Part shown: one piece after another, positions 30,716 to 40,741 of the stretch
Numbering within the stretch: the first letter of the stretch is position 1
Layout: each line of letters opens with the position of its first letter
Assembly (NCBI GenBank): GCA_038134595.1
Contig: JAYPVM010000004.1
Location: forward strand, 101,573 to 165,572
DNA from: Pseudomonadota bacterium
GTDB taxonomy: Bacteria; Bdellovibrionota_C; UBA2361; OMII01
Direction of reading: 5' to 3'
Length of the DNA: 64,000 nucleotides
The notes under the pieces: generated by a model
What the model saw: only the letters and a program-made list of their open reading frames with translations
Databases searched by the model: none
What the model was told of the DNA's origin: nothing
Position numbers and translations under genes: made by a program

Positions 30716-32056
30716 ATGACAGCGGCTGTAATTGGCGGAGGAATAGCAGGGCTGATGGCAGCCTATGAGCTCACTAAAGTGGGAGAGCGTCCGTATCTAG
30801 TTGATCCTGGCCCTTTGGGTGGAGTGATTCGATCTTCATTGCATAACGGGTATACGCTCGAGCTTGGTCCAAACGTACTGGTAGAGCGTCCAGAGATAAA
30901 GGCGCTCATTGCAGAACTAGGTTTGCAGAGTTCTGTCGTCTATCCACGGGTCGAAAATTATGGTCAGTATGTCTGGTATGACAATAAGCCAACGAGAGCG
31001 CCGCGTGGGCTCTGGGAGTTGTTTGCTAGTCCTCTTATGTCTACTGCTAGTAAGTGTGCACTCCCTTTTCGGTTGGTGCTTCCCGGGGTATTGCGGGCTA
31101 AATCTGCCGATTGTTCAGTAGAAAACTTTTTTGCTCCACTGGTGGGAATGCACGCCGTTCACTCGTTAGTCGATCCTGTTTTGAAGGGGATTTACGGAGG
31201 CGATGTTGAGCGATTGAGCGCCCGGAGTCTTTTTCCCAATCTTTGGAGAGCCGCTCGGCAGAGAAAATCAGTAGTCGGGTTTATGCTCTCTCGCCAACGA
31301 AAGGGAAAACCTCCCGTATTTGTTTTAAAAGGAGGATTAGATAGCCTGACTCGTAAGCTATGGAGCTCAATTGAGCCTCATGTAGAACATGTTCGAGAAC
31401 GGGTGAAAAGGATATTCCCGCTTCAGGATGCACGATACTCGATTCTTTTAGAATCTGGCAGACGTTTAGAGGTAGATGGCTGTGTTCTTGCAACTGGCGG
31501 AAAAACATTGCAGGGACTAGTGCCTGCGCTCTCAGAAACATTGGCGGAGCGACTCGAAGAGATGCATTTTGCAGATCTTACAGTCATGCACTTCGCAGTG
31601 CCACAGGATGCTAATCTTATTGAGGATGCATTTGGAGTGTTGTTTCCCGGAGGGCAGAGCCATAATTTACTTGGGGTGATGTTTAACTCGATGTTGTTTC
31701 CGCATGTTGCCCCCAAGGACAAGCATGTTCTAACTGTAGTGCTTGGAGGGGCACAGGCCAATAATGAACCCTCCAATGAAGAGACGCTCAGACAGGAGGT
31801 CCCTCAATTGTTGGAAAGACTCTTGGGTATAAAGGGCTTTGAGTTTTTGTTATACACTCATTGGCCCCATGCTATCCCACAGCTGGAGTTGGGCCATTAT
31901 GAAGTGGTGGCCGAGATGAACCGATGCGAGGAGAGTCATCCAGGGATCGTGTTTGCGGGCGTTGCTCGTGGGGGGATTGGAGTGTCTGATCGTATTCGAG
32001 TAGTACACGATGCGGTTAACCGGTTTCGCAGAATTCGGGTGGAGACAGTTGTGTAA
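30716..32056 (+). CDS. hemY: FAD-dependent protoporphyrinogen/coproporphyrinogen oxidase (HemY type)
   Basis: GGGIAGL, ELGPN, GIYGGD, AIPQ and GIGVSD; adjacent to ferrochelatase. Confidence 0.85.
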   Translation: MTAAVIGGGIAGLMAAYELTKVGERPYLVDPGPLGGVIRSSLHNGYTLELGPNVLVERPEIKALIAELGLQSSVVYPRVENYGQYVWYDNKPTRAPRGLWELFASPLMSTASKCALPFRLVLPGVLRAKSADCSVENFFAPLVGMHAVHSLVDPVLKGIYGGDVERLSARSLFPNLWRAARQRKSVVGFMLSRQRKGKPPVFVLKGGLDSLTRKLWSSIEPHVEHVRERVKRIFPLQDARYSILLESGRRLEVDGCVLATGGKTLQGLVPALSETLAERLEEMHFADLTVMHFAVPQDANLIEDAFGVLFPGGQSHNLLGVMFNSMLFPHVAPKDKHVLTVVLGGAQANNEPSNEETLRQEVPQLLERLLGIKGFEFLLYTHWPHAIPQLELGHYEVVAEMNRCEESHPGIVFAGVARGGIGVSDRIRVVHDAVNRFRRIRVETVV

Positions 32057-32093
32057 GTGTTCTATCGAATAGATGGCGAGAAGGATTTAAGTA

Positions 32094-33170
32094 ATGGATA
32101 AACAAAATTGCACATTTGGTTGTAGGGGCTCGAGTGACAAGATAGGTGTTTTAATCGCGCAACTGGGCACTCCTGATAGCCCCACGCCGAGTGCGCTAAG
32201 GCGTTATCTACGTCAATTTTTATCGGATAGGCGGGTTATTGAGGTAAATCGCATACTGTGGTGGATTTTACTTAATTGTATCATTCTGGTTACCAGACCG
32301 CGCCGTTCAGCTAAGCTTTATAAGCGAGTGTGGAATAAAGACGGTTCTCCTTTGTTAAGCATTACCAAACAACAAGCTCAAGGGGTAAAGCAACGCCTTG
32401 CTGGCTCTTATTCCGGTATAGAGGTTGCATACGGCATGCGCTACGGAAATCCTAGCTTGGAGAGTGCGCTTGATGAACTCATTGCCGCCGGTTGCTCGAA
32501 AATACTCTTGTTCCCCATGTATCCTCAGTATGCCGCAGCAACATCTGCTTCGACCTATGATGCAGTGCTCCCCCATCTTTTAAAGCGACGATGGGTTCCG
32601 ACGATACGAGTAGCAGAGCCGTATTACGCGCATCCGAGATATATCGGGGCATTGGCGCAGATCATAAATGATCATTTGCAAGGCTTGGATTGGAAGCCAC
32701 AACGATTACTATTGTCGTATCATGGTGTTCCTCAAAGGTATGTACGCAATGGAGATCCTTACTGTTGTCAGTGTGTTGAAACAACAGAGGCTCTCATCCC
32801 CCTTCTGAAAATCGATCGTGACAGAGTAGTACACACCTTTCAGTCTCGATTCGGGCGGGAGCCGTGGTTGACGCCGTATACCGATGAGACCTTGGAAGAG
32901 CTTGCTAGAGATGGTGTAAAGGACTTGGCGATAGCGGCCCCTGGCTTTACCGCAGATTGTTTAGAAACCATCGATGAACTGGGCACTGAGGGGAAAGAGG
33001 AGTTCGATGAAGCTGGTGGAGAGCGATACTCGTTGGTCCCCTGTTTAAATGATCATGATGTCTGGCTTGATGCGATGAGTGCGATCATTATTGAGGAGCT
33101 TGGTTCTTGGTTGAACGGAGAAGGTCGAAATGCCCGAGATTGCGCAATTACGTGTCCTGTTTTTAGGTGA
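32094..33170 (+). CDS. hemH: Ferrochelatase
   Basis: LGTP, GSPL, MRYGNP, YPQY, SYHGVP, FQSRFG, WLTPYT and DCLET. Confidence 0.96.
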   Translation: MDKQNCTFGCRGSSDKIGVLIAQLGTPDSPTPSALRRYLRQFLSDRRVIEVNRILWWILLNCIILVTRPRRSAKLYKRVWNKDGSPLLSITKQQAQGVKQRLAGSYSGIEVAYGMRYGNPSLESALDELIAAGCSKILLFPMYPQYAAATSASTYDAVLPHLLKRRWVPTIRVAEPYYAHPRYIGALAQIINDHLQGLDWKPQRLLLSYHGVPQRYVRNGDPYCCQCVETTEALIPLLKIDRDRVVHTFQSRFGREPWLTPYTDETLEELARDGVKDLAIAAPGFTADCLETIDELGTEGKEEFDEAGGERYSLVPCLNDHDVWLDAMSAIIIEELGSWLNGEGRNARDCAITCPVFR

Positions 33171-33173
33171 TAT

Positions 33174-34166
33174 ATGAAGAAGTTGCTACAGTTTCTTTTG
33201 GGAATTGGTGTAAGTGTTGGCGCGTTGTTGTGGGCCTTTCGTGAGATTGATTTTGGGCAATTAGAGATCGCGTTTCTATCGATATCATGGTGGCCTATCG
33301 GCCCCTTTGTAGCTTTGTACGGCTTTCATTTTTTGTTCCGAGCGATGCGCTGGAGACTCTTGCTACCAGACTCAAAAGAACAACGGCCCTCTATCCGTAT
33401 GTTATTTGACTCAATTATGTTGGGTAATTTAGCCACTTTTTTGCTTCCATTTCGGTTGGGGGAGTTTATCAGGCCATTGGTTTTAACTCGTTGGTCGGAG
33501 TACCGGTTTGGAGCTGCATTTGTGTCTGTTGTAATTGAACGATTTTTTGATTTATCAAGTGCATTACTGTCGTTTGTGTTTGTGCTGTGTGTTATACCCG
33601 GCATTCCAGGATGGTTGCAGGTTACTGCATATGCACTAGGAACTATGGCTTTGGTATTGTTGCTATTTCTTGCCTGTGGATGCTTGTTTCCGAGCGGTAT
33701 CGAAACAGTAATAGTAACCGTTATGCGCCCGATTCCTACAGCGTTTGCAAGACCGGTGGAAAGATTTCTCATCGACCTAGTACATGGTACGAGTGTGATA
33801 AAAACACCAAAGCGCCTCATATCTATTTTAGTTTTAACTTCGGCGGTGTGGATGACTACCTTTCTCCAGTTTTATACATTGCTGTTTATGTTTCCTGGCG
33901 AAAATACATCGTTTGCACTTGCGATGACCTTGGGTGTGTTTGTAGCCCTGGCAGTTGCGGCACCTTCTGTTCCGGGATTCTTGGGAGTTTTTCAGCTCGG
34001 ATGTATCGCAGCGTTTGATTTGGTAGCGTATCCGCCCTCCTTAGCGCAGGTCTATTCAATCGTAACACACGGCCTTACGTATATTGCAATTGTTGGCGTC
34101 GGAGCATTAATTCTTATGGTGCATAATTTAAGTCTCTTTGAGCTGAAGCGGGCAGTAGAGAAGTAA
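33174..34166 (+). CDS. Lysylphosphatidylglycerol-synthase TM / UPF0104 flippase-like membrane protein
   Basis: RAMRWRLLL, LPFRLGEFIR, ERFFD and PSVPGFLGVFQ. Confidence 0.85.
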   Translation: MKKLLQFLLGIGVSVGALLWAFREIDFGQLEIAFLSISWWPIGPFVALYGFHFLFRAMRWRLLLPDSKEQRPSIRMLFDSIMLGNLATFLLPFRLGEFIRPLVLTRWSEYRFGAAFVSVVIERFFDLSSALLSFVFVLCVIPGIPGWLQVTAYALGTMALVLLLFLACGCLFPSGIETVIVTVMRPIPTAFARPVERFLIDLVHGTSVIKTPKRLISILVLTSAVWMTTFLQFYTLLFMFPGENTSFALAMTLGVFVALAVAAPSVPGFLGVFQLGCIAAFDLVAYPPSLAQVYSIVTHGLTYIAIVGVGALILMVHNLSLFELKRAVEK

Positions 34167-34177
34167 AGTTACGTCTT

Positions 34178-35320
34178 TTATTGCTCCAGCGCTTCTTTGA
34201 AATCTGTTAGTGACAGAATTTTAATAACGCCCGGTTTAGATAGATCGAGATAACCTGAACGCTCTAGGTTTTTGGTGACTCGAATAGCTGTCTCCGGGGT
34301 TGTTCCCGTAAGATCTGCAAGCTCCTTTCGTGTCAGAAAAATCCTTGTTTGTTCGGCAATACTTGTAGGTCGTCCAAATCGCGGGGCAAGCGCAAGAAGT
34401 GTAGCAATAATACGACTCTCAACTCTTGAGTGCGCAAGTCCGAGAGCGAGGTCATTAATGCGACGGCTTTTAACCATTAACTCTTGTGCTATCGAACGGT
34501 ACAGAGTGGGCTGCCGTTCTGCAAGAGCATGTAGAGACGCTATAGGAATCGAGAGCAGCTTTGCGTCTGTTTGACCGCGAATTGCAGTGTCTGGGTCGAG
34601 AGGTTCGAGTGCTCGAAGAATTCCGGTGCTATCTCCGGGAATCAACAGGTCGAGTGTTAACTCTTTGCCCTGTTGCGTTGATTTAACAACAGCAAGACGA
34701 CCCGCGAGCACTAAAAACCCAAAGTTCGGATTTTCACCATCGAGTGATAAATACTCTCCTGGAGAGACATCCTGAATAGTTGCAGCCCGGGCCAGGTTAA
34801 TGAGCTCCTTCGAAGGAAGATTTTTGAAAACTTCATTTGTGCGTATCGCTTCGAACTTGACTTCATCAACGCCATCGGGAAGAGCTCCTAGTTTGTCGGC
34901 AATTTCAGGGATTGTGTCGGCCTCCTCTGAATTAACAGCACCGGGAGATGACAGAGTTTTATGTAGTGCGATCTCAATATTTGCACGCAGCTCATTTGGT
35001 TCAAACGGCTTCATGACATAACCCGCTGGTCGAGTAAGTTTGACTCTTTGGAGGGTCGCCTCGTCTGAATGGGCGGTGACGAAAACGATTGGAATCTTGT
35101 GTTGCTTGCTAATCTCCTCAGCCGCCTCTATTCCGTCGATAGTTCCCGGCATCGTGATATCCATGAGAACGACATCTGGAAGCAATTTAGAGGTTGCTTC
35201 TACCGCAGCGGATCCGTCAGATACCTGACCAACGACAGTGTATCCAGCGCTTTCGAGATCATGTGCCATGTCTAGAGCGACAAGTGATTCATCTTCGGCA
35301 ATGAGTATTTTTGTAGTCAT
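34178..35320 (-). CDS. Response-regulator receiver fused to a Crp/Fnr cNMP-binding and HTH domain
   Basis: REC motifs (AEDE, LMDI, TAH, KPF), a cNMP-like beta-roll and C-terminal LTRKELADLTGTTPETAIR HTH. Confidence 0.85.
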   Translation of the reverse strand: MTTKILIAEDESLVALDMAHDLESAGYTVVGQVSDGSAAVEATSKLLPDVVLMDITMPGTIDGIEAAEEISKQHKIPIVFVTAHSDEATLQRVKLTRPAGYVMKPFEPNELRANIEIALHKTLSSPGAVNSEEADTIPEIADKLGALPDGVDEVKFEAIRTNEVFKNLPSKELINLARAATIQDVSPGEYLSLDGENPNFGFLVLAGRLAVVKSTQQGKELTLDLLIPGDSTGILRALEPLDPDTAIRGQTDAKLLSIPIASLHALAERQPTLYRSIAQELMVKSRRINDLALGLAHSRVESRIIATLLALAPRFGRPTSIAEQTRIFLTRKELADLTGTTPETAIRVTKNLERSGYLDLSKPGVIKILSLTDFKEALEQ

Positions 35321-35619
35321 AGAAAAAAGTTCTCACAATAAAAATTAGACACGAACATATCACAGATAGAACCTAAACGGTGTGTGATACTACTGTGTTG
35401 GTAGTACCGACGTTAACAGGCGGCCATCATTTCTGTAACGAGAGCTAGGTACACGGAAACTCCGCATAGTAGGCCCCGAATGCCAAATAGACAGTAACGG
35501 AAAAAGACCCGATGTTAAACAAAAAGAATAAGTACTGAGACTAGTTGAGTCCGGACTATGATCGTGATTAGGCTCGTGTTTACATTGAGACCAACCAAGT
35601 ATCTTTGTGCCGAGGGTGC

Positions 35620-36579
35620 TCACTGGCTGGGCTCGAAGGTGGAGATCTGTGAGGCCCACTCGGGAAGCAATGACGCTGGTAGTGTAAAGGAGATAAGCTC
35701 TCCCGTAATCGGATGGCTGCAAGAGAGGTGATGACTTACAAGATGTAAATGAGAGGCGGGTTGACCGCAGTAAAAACGGTCTCCTAAAAGTGGAAGACCA
35801 GTACTGGCCGCATGGACACGAATTTGATGTGTTCTTCCGGTTACCGGTTGGGCGCGTAGAATGCTAGGTGCTTTATCCTCAGAGTTGCCGATGCTGAGGA
35901 CTGCAAAGTGCGTCTCTGCGGATTGTCCTTCGACGGTTGACGTTGTTCGGAGTACCGGATGGCGCTGATCTCTTTTGATTCGCAACGTCACTCGTCGCTC
36001 CCTCCAGTTAGGAGTTGCGTGTGATGCACAGAGGTACTGTTTCGTAATGACGCGCTGTTCAAATATTTGTTGTAGCTTGGCATGCGACTGCTTTGATGTG
36101 CTTACTATAACGAGGCCCTGAGCAGAGACATCGAGTCTTGATGGCATGTGGATAGTGGTTTTGAGTTCCTTTTCTGCGGACGACTTCAAGCTAAAGTGGT
36201 GTTGTTCTTTTGCGGGCATGCTTGAAAGACCTGATGGTTTGTAGAGAATTGCTATTCCACTGTCTTGGTAGAGGACGAATCGACTCTCAAATGAAGGGAA
36301 AATTTTATCTGCTTCATAAAAGTTAAACTTTGGCTCGTAGTACTCAATCTTGCATGGATAGGATAGTGAGGTGTTGAGCGGACGGCGTAAGCCGTTGATG
36401 TAGATTCCCCCAAACTCCCACCGATCCTCCCATGAATTCTCAGGTATATGAGGAAGGTTTTTGAGAAGAAACGAGCGTAATGTCGCACCTTGAGAAGGGG
36501 CCTCAAAAATATTCCAGTGCCAATATCGTGTTCGGAGCGCCTCTTCAATTGAGCGTAACTGATCGGCTGTTGATGTCAT
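35620..36579 (-). CDS. RluA-family pseudouridine synthase
   Basis: KPSGL, SRLD, TGRTHQIRVH and GDRFY. Confidence 0.88.
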   Translation of the reverse strand: MTSTADQLRSIEEALRTRYWHWNIFEAPSQGATLRSFLLKNLPHIPENSWEDRWEFGGIYINGLRRPLNTSLSYPCKIEYYEPKFNFYEADKIFPSFESRFVLYQDSGIAILYKPSGLSSMPAKEQHHFSLKSSAEKELKTTIHMPSRLDVSAQGLVIVSTSKQSHAKLQQIFEQRVITKQYLCASHATPNWRERRVTLRIKRDQRHPVLRTTSTVEGQSAETHFAVLSIGNSEDKAPSILRAQPVTGRTHQIRVHAASTGLPLLGDRFYCGQPASHLHLVSHHLSCSHPITGELISFTLPASLLPEWASQISTFEPSQ

Positions 36580-36636
36580 TGATATCTCGCCAGTATGCTA
36601 GAGGCTAGCGCCACAACTATATTGAACCGTGACAGA

Positions 36637-37287
36637 CTAATTTTTGAATCGTTTGTATTTCTCTACCGATGCTTGAATGCGCGACAATCTCTCGTATAGC
36701 TCTAGAGGAGGTAGCGTTGCACTTAACGGTTCGTTATGGGGTAGTCCGAACGCCTCCTCAAATTTCCGCATCTTTTCTATTCGCACTCCGTCTAAGGCCT
36801 GCTTAAGTTTTGTCCGAATAATCTCAATTCGCTGCATGCGAACGTCTATTAGTTGTCGGAGAGTTCCTACGTTGGTAATCGTTGCAATTTGATCGATGTT
36901 TGCATCCTTGCACCGAGGTATCGAGGCGATATCAAGAACTGCTTGCGCCGACTGAACTGGACGGACACTTGCGTATGATACTTTGCCATTTTCATCTACA
37001 CCGTATGCTGATGCTAGAGAGTCAGGACGTATTGCGCTTTTGGGGACTCTAAAGGAGATGGAGTACAACTTGTCACCAATCATTTGGATTTCAGCGTTCT
37101 GATGTTCCGATGTTGCTGTTGTAGAAAACAGGATTCCTGTTGCCTTTACTGGCTTTGGTTTGGCTTCGAGTTGTACGGTTATCACTGCGTCACTGCTTTG
37201 ACCGTGAGCATATGTGCTACAGAGAGTTATCACGATTGTTAAAAGTGTTCGAATAAGAGGTGTCTTCGAATTCTTTTTCATAGTCAT
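36637..37287 (-). CDS. Exported hypothetical protein
   Basis: Signal peptide (..TYAHG) and C-terminal coiled coil; co-oriented with the kinase. Confidence 0.65.
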   Translation of the reverse strand: MTMKKNSKTPLIRTLLTIVITLCSTYAHGQSSDAVITVQLEAKPKPVKATGILFSTTATSEHQNAEIQMIGDKLYSISFRVPKSAIRPDSLASAYGVDENGKVSYASVRPVQSAQAVLDIASIPRCKDANIDQIATITNVGTLRQLIDVRMQRIEIIRTKLKQALDGVRIEKMRKFEEAFGLPHNEPLSATLPPLELYERLSRIQASVEKYKRFKN

Positions 37288-37294
37288 TCTTTCT

Positions 37295-37924
37295 TTAATG
37301 GGTGTTTGTTTCCATAGCACGAATGATCTCAAGAGCCTTTTCAAGTGCATGACTTTCGTGCTCTAAACGTGTTGCCGTGCTAACGAGAGTGGCTACTTCG
37401 CTCTTGTATTCCTTTGTGTTTGAGTTTGAGGGGATTTCAATTTGAAAATCTTCAATGCACTTTCTTTGAATGGAAAACTGATTAGATGTTGTAACCTTAC
37501 CGTCAGGTTGATGAACGATGATTTGGTATGACATCGCAACAAGGGGAGCGGGTATTTGAAGAACGAGCTCCGGATGTCCAGATTTGTTTATCTTGCCCAT
37601 GGGAAATGCAAGGTCGATATATCGACCGTCCTTCGAACCTACTAGTCGAACTTTCGTTTGGACATTGATGGTGTTTCGTAATGCAACAGCTATATCCATA
37701 GCATGTCCTACCGGAGGTATGTCTGCATCCATCATGGGAACGTGGGAGCTGACGATGAGTTTCTCACTGGAATGACCATCTGCATATGCCACATGAAGCA
37801 GTGTGTTTCCTGTGAGTAGGAGTATGACTAAAGATCGTAGCAAGCCCAAACAGCGGATGCTATTAGCGAGTGAGTATAGCTTGTGCATTGGAAAGCGGAT
37901 AGGAAGGTTAGATGTTTGAATCAC
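37295..37924 (-). CDS. Exported hypothetical protein
   Basis: Signal-like N-terminus (..HVAYA), beta-rich core and C-terminal coiled coil. Confidence 0.65.
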   Translation of the reverse strand: MIQTSNLPIRFPMHKLYSLANSIRCLGLLRSLVILLLTGNTLLHVAYADGHSSEKLIVSSHVPMMDADIPPVGHAMDIAVALRNTINVQTKVRLVGSKDGRYIDLAFPMGKINKSGHPELVLQIPAPLVAMSYQIIVHQPDGKVTTSNQFSIQRKCIEDFQIEIPSNSNTKEYKSEVATLVSTATRLEHESHALEKALEIIRAMETNTH

Positions 37925-37954
37925 GATATGCCAAAAAAGTTTCTGTTTTGTCGC

Positions 37955-39643
37955 TTACGGGGTGTTGATGACCCATGAGCCACTTTTGCCGGTTACTACA
38001 TCCGTTACTGTACCAGTTATTGTAGCAGATGACATCTCCTGATTAAATTTCAAAATCAAACCATTTGTCCGAAAAATATACTCGTTGCCTGAGTCTTTTT
38101 GAGTTTTAATCTCAGTGGGAACCCATCCTGGAGCCCCTACGATGAGGGTGAGTGTTCCAAGTTTCGGATTTGATAGAAAAGCAAGAGGGGTATTTTCTTT
38201 TGGGAATACTCCTTCGATGATGCCTGAGTGGACGCCTTGAGGTAGGGTGTGGAGACGATGTAAGACAGGTTTTGAAGCGATTGCTGCGGGAGGTGCCTCC
38301 GTAATCTTGGTAGGTGCCTCTATGGCATTATCATGAAACATGGCTCTGATAAAATTAGAGCCTAACAGGATAATGACAGTCAGGAGCGCAAATCCCCCTG
38401 CAATCGTTATAAACGTGGATACGCCCATAGGCCGGAGTGATTGAGCCTTTTTGCCGCGAGATAGGGTGGAGTGTTTTTCCTTAGAAGCAACTGAGTCGCT
38501 CGAAGTCGGCGAGATTCTTCGTGACTCTGACTGACTTTTATGGTGAGTGGAGTCAGTAGCGTGAGGGGCTCGTTTCTGAGGAGTGTTGGATTCGATAATT
38601 GATTTAATTCGGTCTAAATCGATGCGTGCTGTAGGCTCAGATACCGGTTTCTCGGGAGTGTCACTGTTTGCCGCAAGAGCTTCATTGGAGGTAGCGGGAT
38701 TCGGAATGGCAACGTTTTCTTTCTCGCGTTTCGATGCGATCTCACTCTTGTTGTTCATTGAACCTTGCGGATAGTTATACTCAAACGAGGCGCTATCGAG
38801 GGCCTTTTTTGCCTCAAGTGCAGATGAAAAGCGCTCGGTTGTATCGAAAGCTATTAGTTTTCGTATAACGGCCTGAACGTGCAACGGAAGCGAGGTGTTT
38901 GTAATGGCGTTGTCGATGAGCTGGAGATCTTTTCGAGCATTTAGTTGCTCAACTACAGGAAGTTCTTGGAAGGGGTTCTTTCCAGCTGCAATTTCTAGAA
39001 ACGAGAGTCCGAGCGCATATAAATCCGATTGAGTGTCATAACCCGTGCCGTGAATTGTTTCCGGAGGAAGGTAGGCAAAGGTTCCTACTCCCTGTTTGAG
39101 TTCGTCTATACTAAGTTCATCGCCGGGCAAGAGCGCAAGGCCAAAATCCGCCATGCGAATTTCAGACTCCGATAGAACAAGGATGTTTTCTGGCTTAACG
39201 TCTCTGTGTATTACTCCTGTTGCATGAATAAACTCGAGGGCTTCTAGGCATTGTCTTAGGAATAAAGTGATTTGTTCGGCCGGAACTGTTCCACCTAACT
39301 TTTTGGCATACTGAAGGAGGTCTCCGTTTGGAGCATACTCCATGGAGAGGTAACAGATATCATCGACAGAGTGAAAATCATCGAGCCTTACGACGTGCTT
39401 GGTGCGGCACGACACTAATGTTAGAGCTTCTTTCCGTAGCCTTTCGGGGAGGGCTTTGCTGTTGCCCGATGTTGGGCCGTTGCTATCATTTTTTTGAATG
39501 AGAACCTTGAGCGCAACATCTTGACCAGTTCCAGAGATATGCTTGGCGTGATACACCACGCTTTCGGCGCCACGCCCCACTATGGAGAGTATCTCGTATC
39601 GTTGGTCGAAAATCTTCCGTTTTGCTGATTTCGGAAGTGCCAT
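37955..39643 (-). CDS. Membrane-bound Hanks-type Ser/Thr protein kinase
   Basis: GRGAESVVY, VALK, HRDVKPEN, DFG, GTFAYLPPE and DLYALG; one TM and an external domain. Confidence 0.93.
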   Translation of the reverse strand: MALPKSAKRKIFDQRYEILSIVGRGAESVVYHAKHISGTGQDVALKVLIQKNDSNGPTSGNSKALPERLRKEALTLVSCRTKHVVRLDDFHSVDDICYLSMEYAPNGDLLQYAKKLGGTVPAEQITLFLRQCLEALEFIHATGVIHRDVKPENILVLSESEIRMADFGLALLPGDELSIDELKQGVGTFAYLPPETIHGTGYDTQSDLYALGLSFLEIAAGKNPFQELPVVEQLNARKDLQLIDNAITNTSLPLHVQAVIRKLIAFDTTERFSSALEAKKALDSASFEYNYPQGSMNNKSEIASKREKENVAIPNPATSNEALAANSDTPEKPVSEPTARIDLDRIKSIIESNTPQKRAPHATDSTHHKSQSESRRISPTSSDSVASKEKHSTLSRGKKAQSLRPMGVSTFITIAGGFALLTVIILLGSNFIRAMFHDNAIEAPTKITEAPPAAIASKPVLHRLHTLPQGVHSGIIEGVFPKENTPLAFLSNPKLGTLTLIVGAPGWVPTEIKTQKDSGNEYIFRTNGLILKFNQEMSSATITGTVTDVVTGKSGSWVINTP

Positions 39644-40010
39644 AAAGCCTCTACGTAAATCCCACACTCCAAGATACTTCCGGTGTGTGTTGGTGTTGGT
39701 TGTCTCGTGCTTTGCCCGAGAGTCCCATCGTGAAAAACTTAGGTTTCCACGATGAATCTACCTGCTTACAAGCTGTTAGACTCTATACTACGCAATTCTA
39801 GTATAAAACTAGCAGTTAGCAAACATTGTTACATTAACTTCTGGTGTTTGAAACTGTTTGCTTCAGTAAAAAGTAGAAAAAACAAATCGCATCCAAGAGA
39901 GGAGGGGCTAAGTTATTGTAGACATCCCGAAGATTGCCGAGGAAAAGTAACTATTCGTATCGAAATGAAATTATTTACTGTTTCTCATTGGAGTGAGGGC
40001 GTTAATGGCT

Positions 40011-40199
40011 CTAGCAGGATGGTGAAAAATGATTTCCTGTTGCACATTTCGATAGTTCGACTGCAACTTCGTTGGAGTCGCCGAAAAAATCCTCAACGTA
40101 TCTCAGTGGATACGCCTCCGGTTTTTTCGTCGTCTCCGCCTCGTTTCGCCAAAACTCTCAAAATGTTCACGACGGAACCTTTCTTCACCACCCTGCTAG
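40011..40199. mobile_element. MITE-like element, copy 1
   Basis: Terminal inverted repeats CTAGCAGGATGGTGAA...TTCACCACCCTGCTAG with CTAG at both ends; near-identical inverted copy at 46341-46530; no transposase. Confidence 0.85.
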
Positions 40200-40463
40200 A
40201 GGCTTGTTAAACACGTAGGAAGTGCCCTCAATTCTCGGTGCTAAAACGTATTTACCAGCTCACGTAGAACTCATTTTTGGGTTGTGTGGAGTTGTTGTTT
40301 TCGTGGGAGTGTTGAGGGGTATCCTGCTGTTTTCGACTAGTTGTTTCTTGTGCCCTCTGACTTGAATAATTTGTGGTGATGACGTACCGTCCCAAGTCTC
40401 GACGGATCAATTCGAAGGGTACTCTGGAGGGATCGGTCGTGATAGTATCTCTTTTTAAGATGG

Positions 40464-40508
40464 CCTTCTTTTGGAGGTGACCTTCTTTTGGAGAACCTTA
40501 TTTTTAGA
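40464..40508. repeat. Short degenerate direct repeat (CCTTCTTTTGGAG x2 plus a degenerate third copy)
   Basis: Copies start at 40464, 40481 and 40496. Confidence 0.6.
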
Positions 40509-40548
40509 CCGTAGCGCTAAGCCCATGGTCGAAATAGGGATTTGTTTT

Positions 40549-40622
40549 GCACCCGTAGCTCAGTTGGATAGAGCACCCGCCTTCTAAGCGGGTTGTCGTA
40601 GGTTCGAATCCTACCGGGTGCG
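40549..40622 (+). tRNA. tRNA-Arg(TCT)
   Basis: GCACCCG/CGGGTGC acceptor stem, anticodon arm CCCGC-CTTCTAA-GCGGG and GGTTCGAATCC T-arm; CCA not encoded. Confidence 0.95.
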
Positions 40623-40656
40623 TTTTTTGTATCCATCTGCAATCTTACTCTTTCTT

Positions 40657-40707
40657 CAAAGTGGTCCTTGTTGCAAATTGGTCCTTGTTACAAAGTGGCC
40701 CTTGTTT
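40657..40707. repeat. 17-bp tandem repeat x3
   Basis: CAAAGTGGTCCTTGTTG / CAAATTGGTCCTTGTTA / CAAAGTGGCCCTTGTTT. Confidence 0.85.
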
Positions 40708-40741
40708 TTTGAATAGTGGTTGTTTGTATGGTGACGCGACG

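Noticed and set aside
39752..40210. 152-aa ORF (and the 67-aa ORF at 46316-46519)
   Set aside because: Their similarity comes from reading through the MITE; there is no independent sign of a real gene or transposase.
40549..40622. tRNA-Arg or tRNA-Met as an integrated-element attachment site
   Set aside because: No integrase and no duplicated tRNA 3' end were seen in the window.
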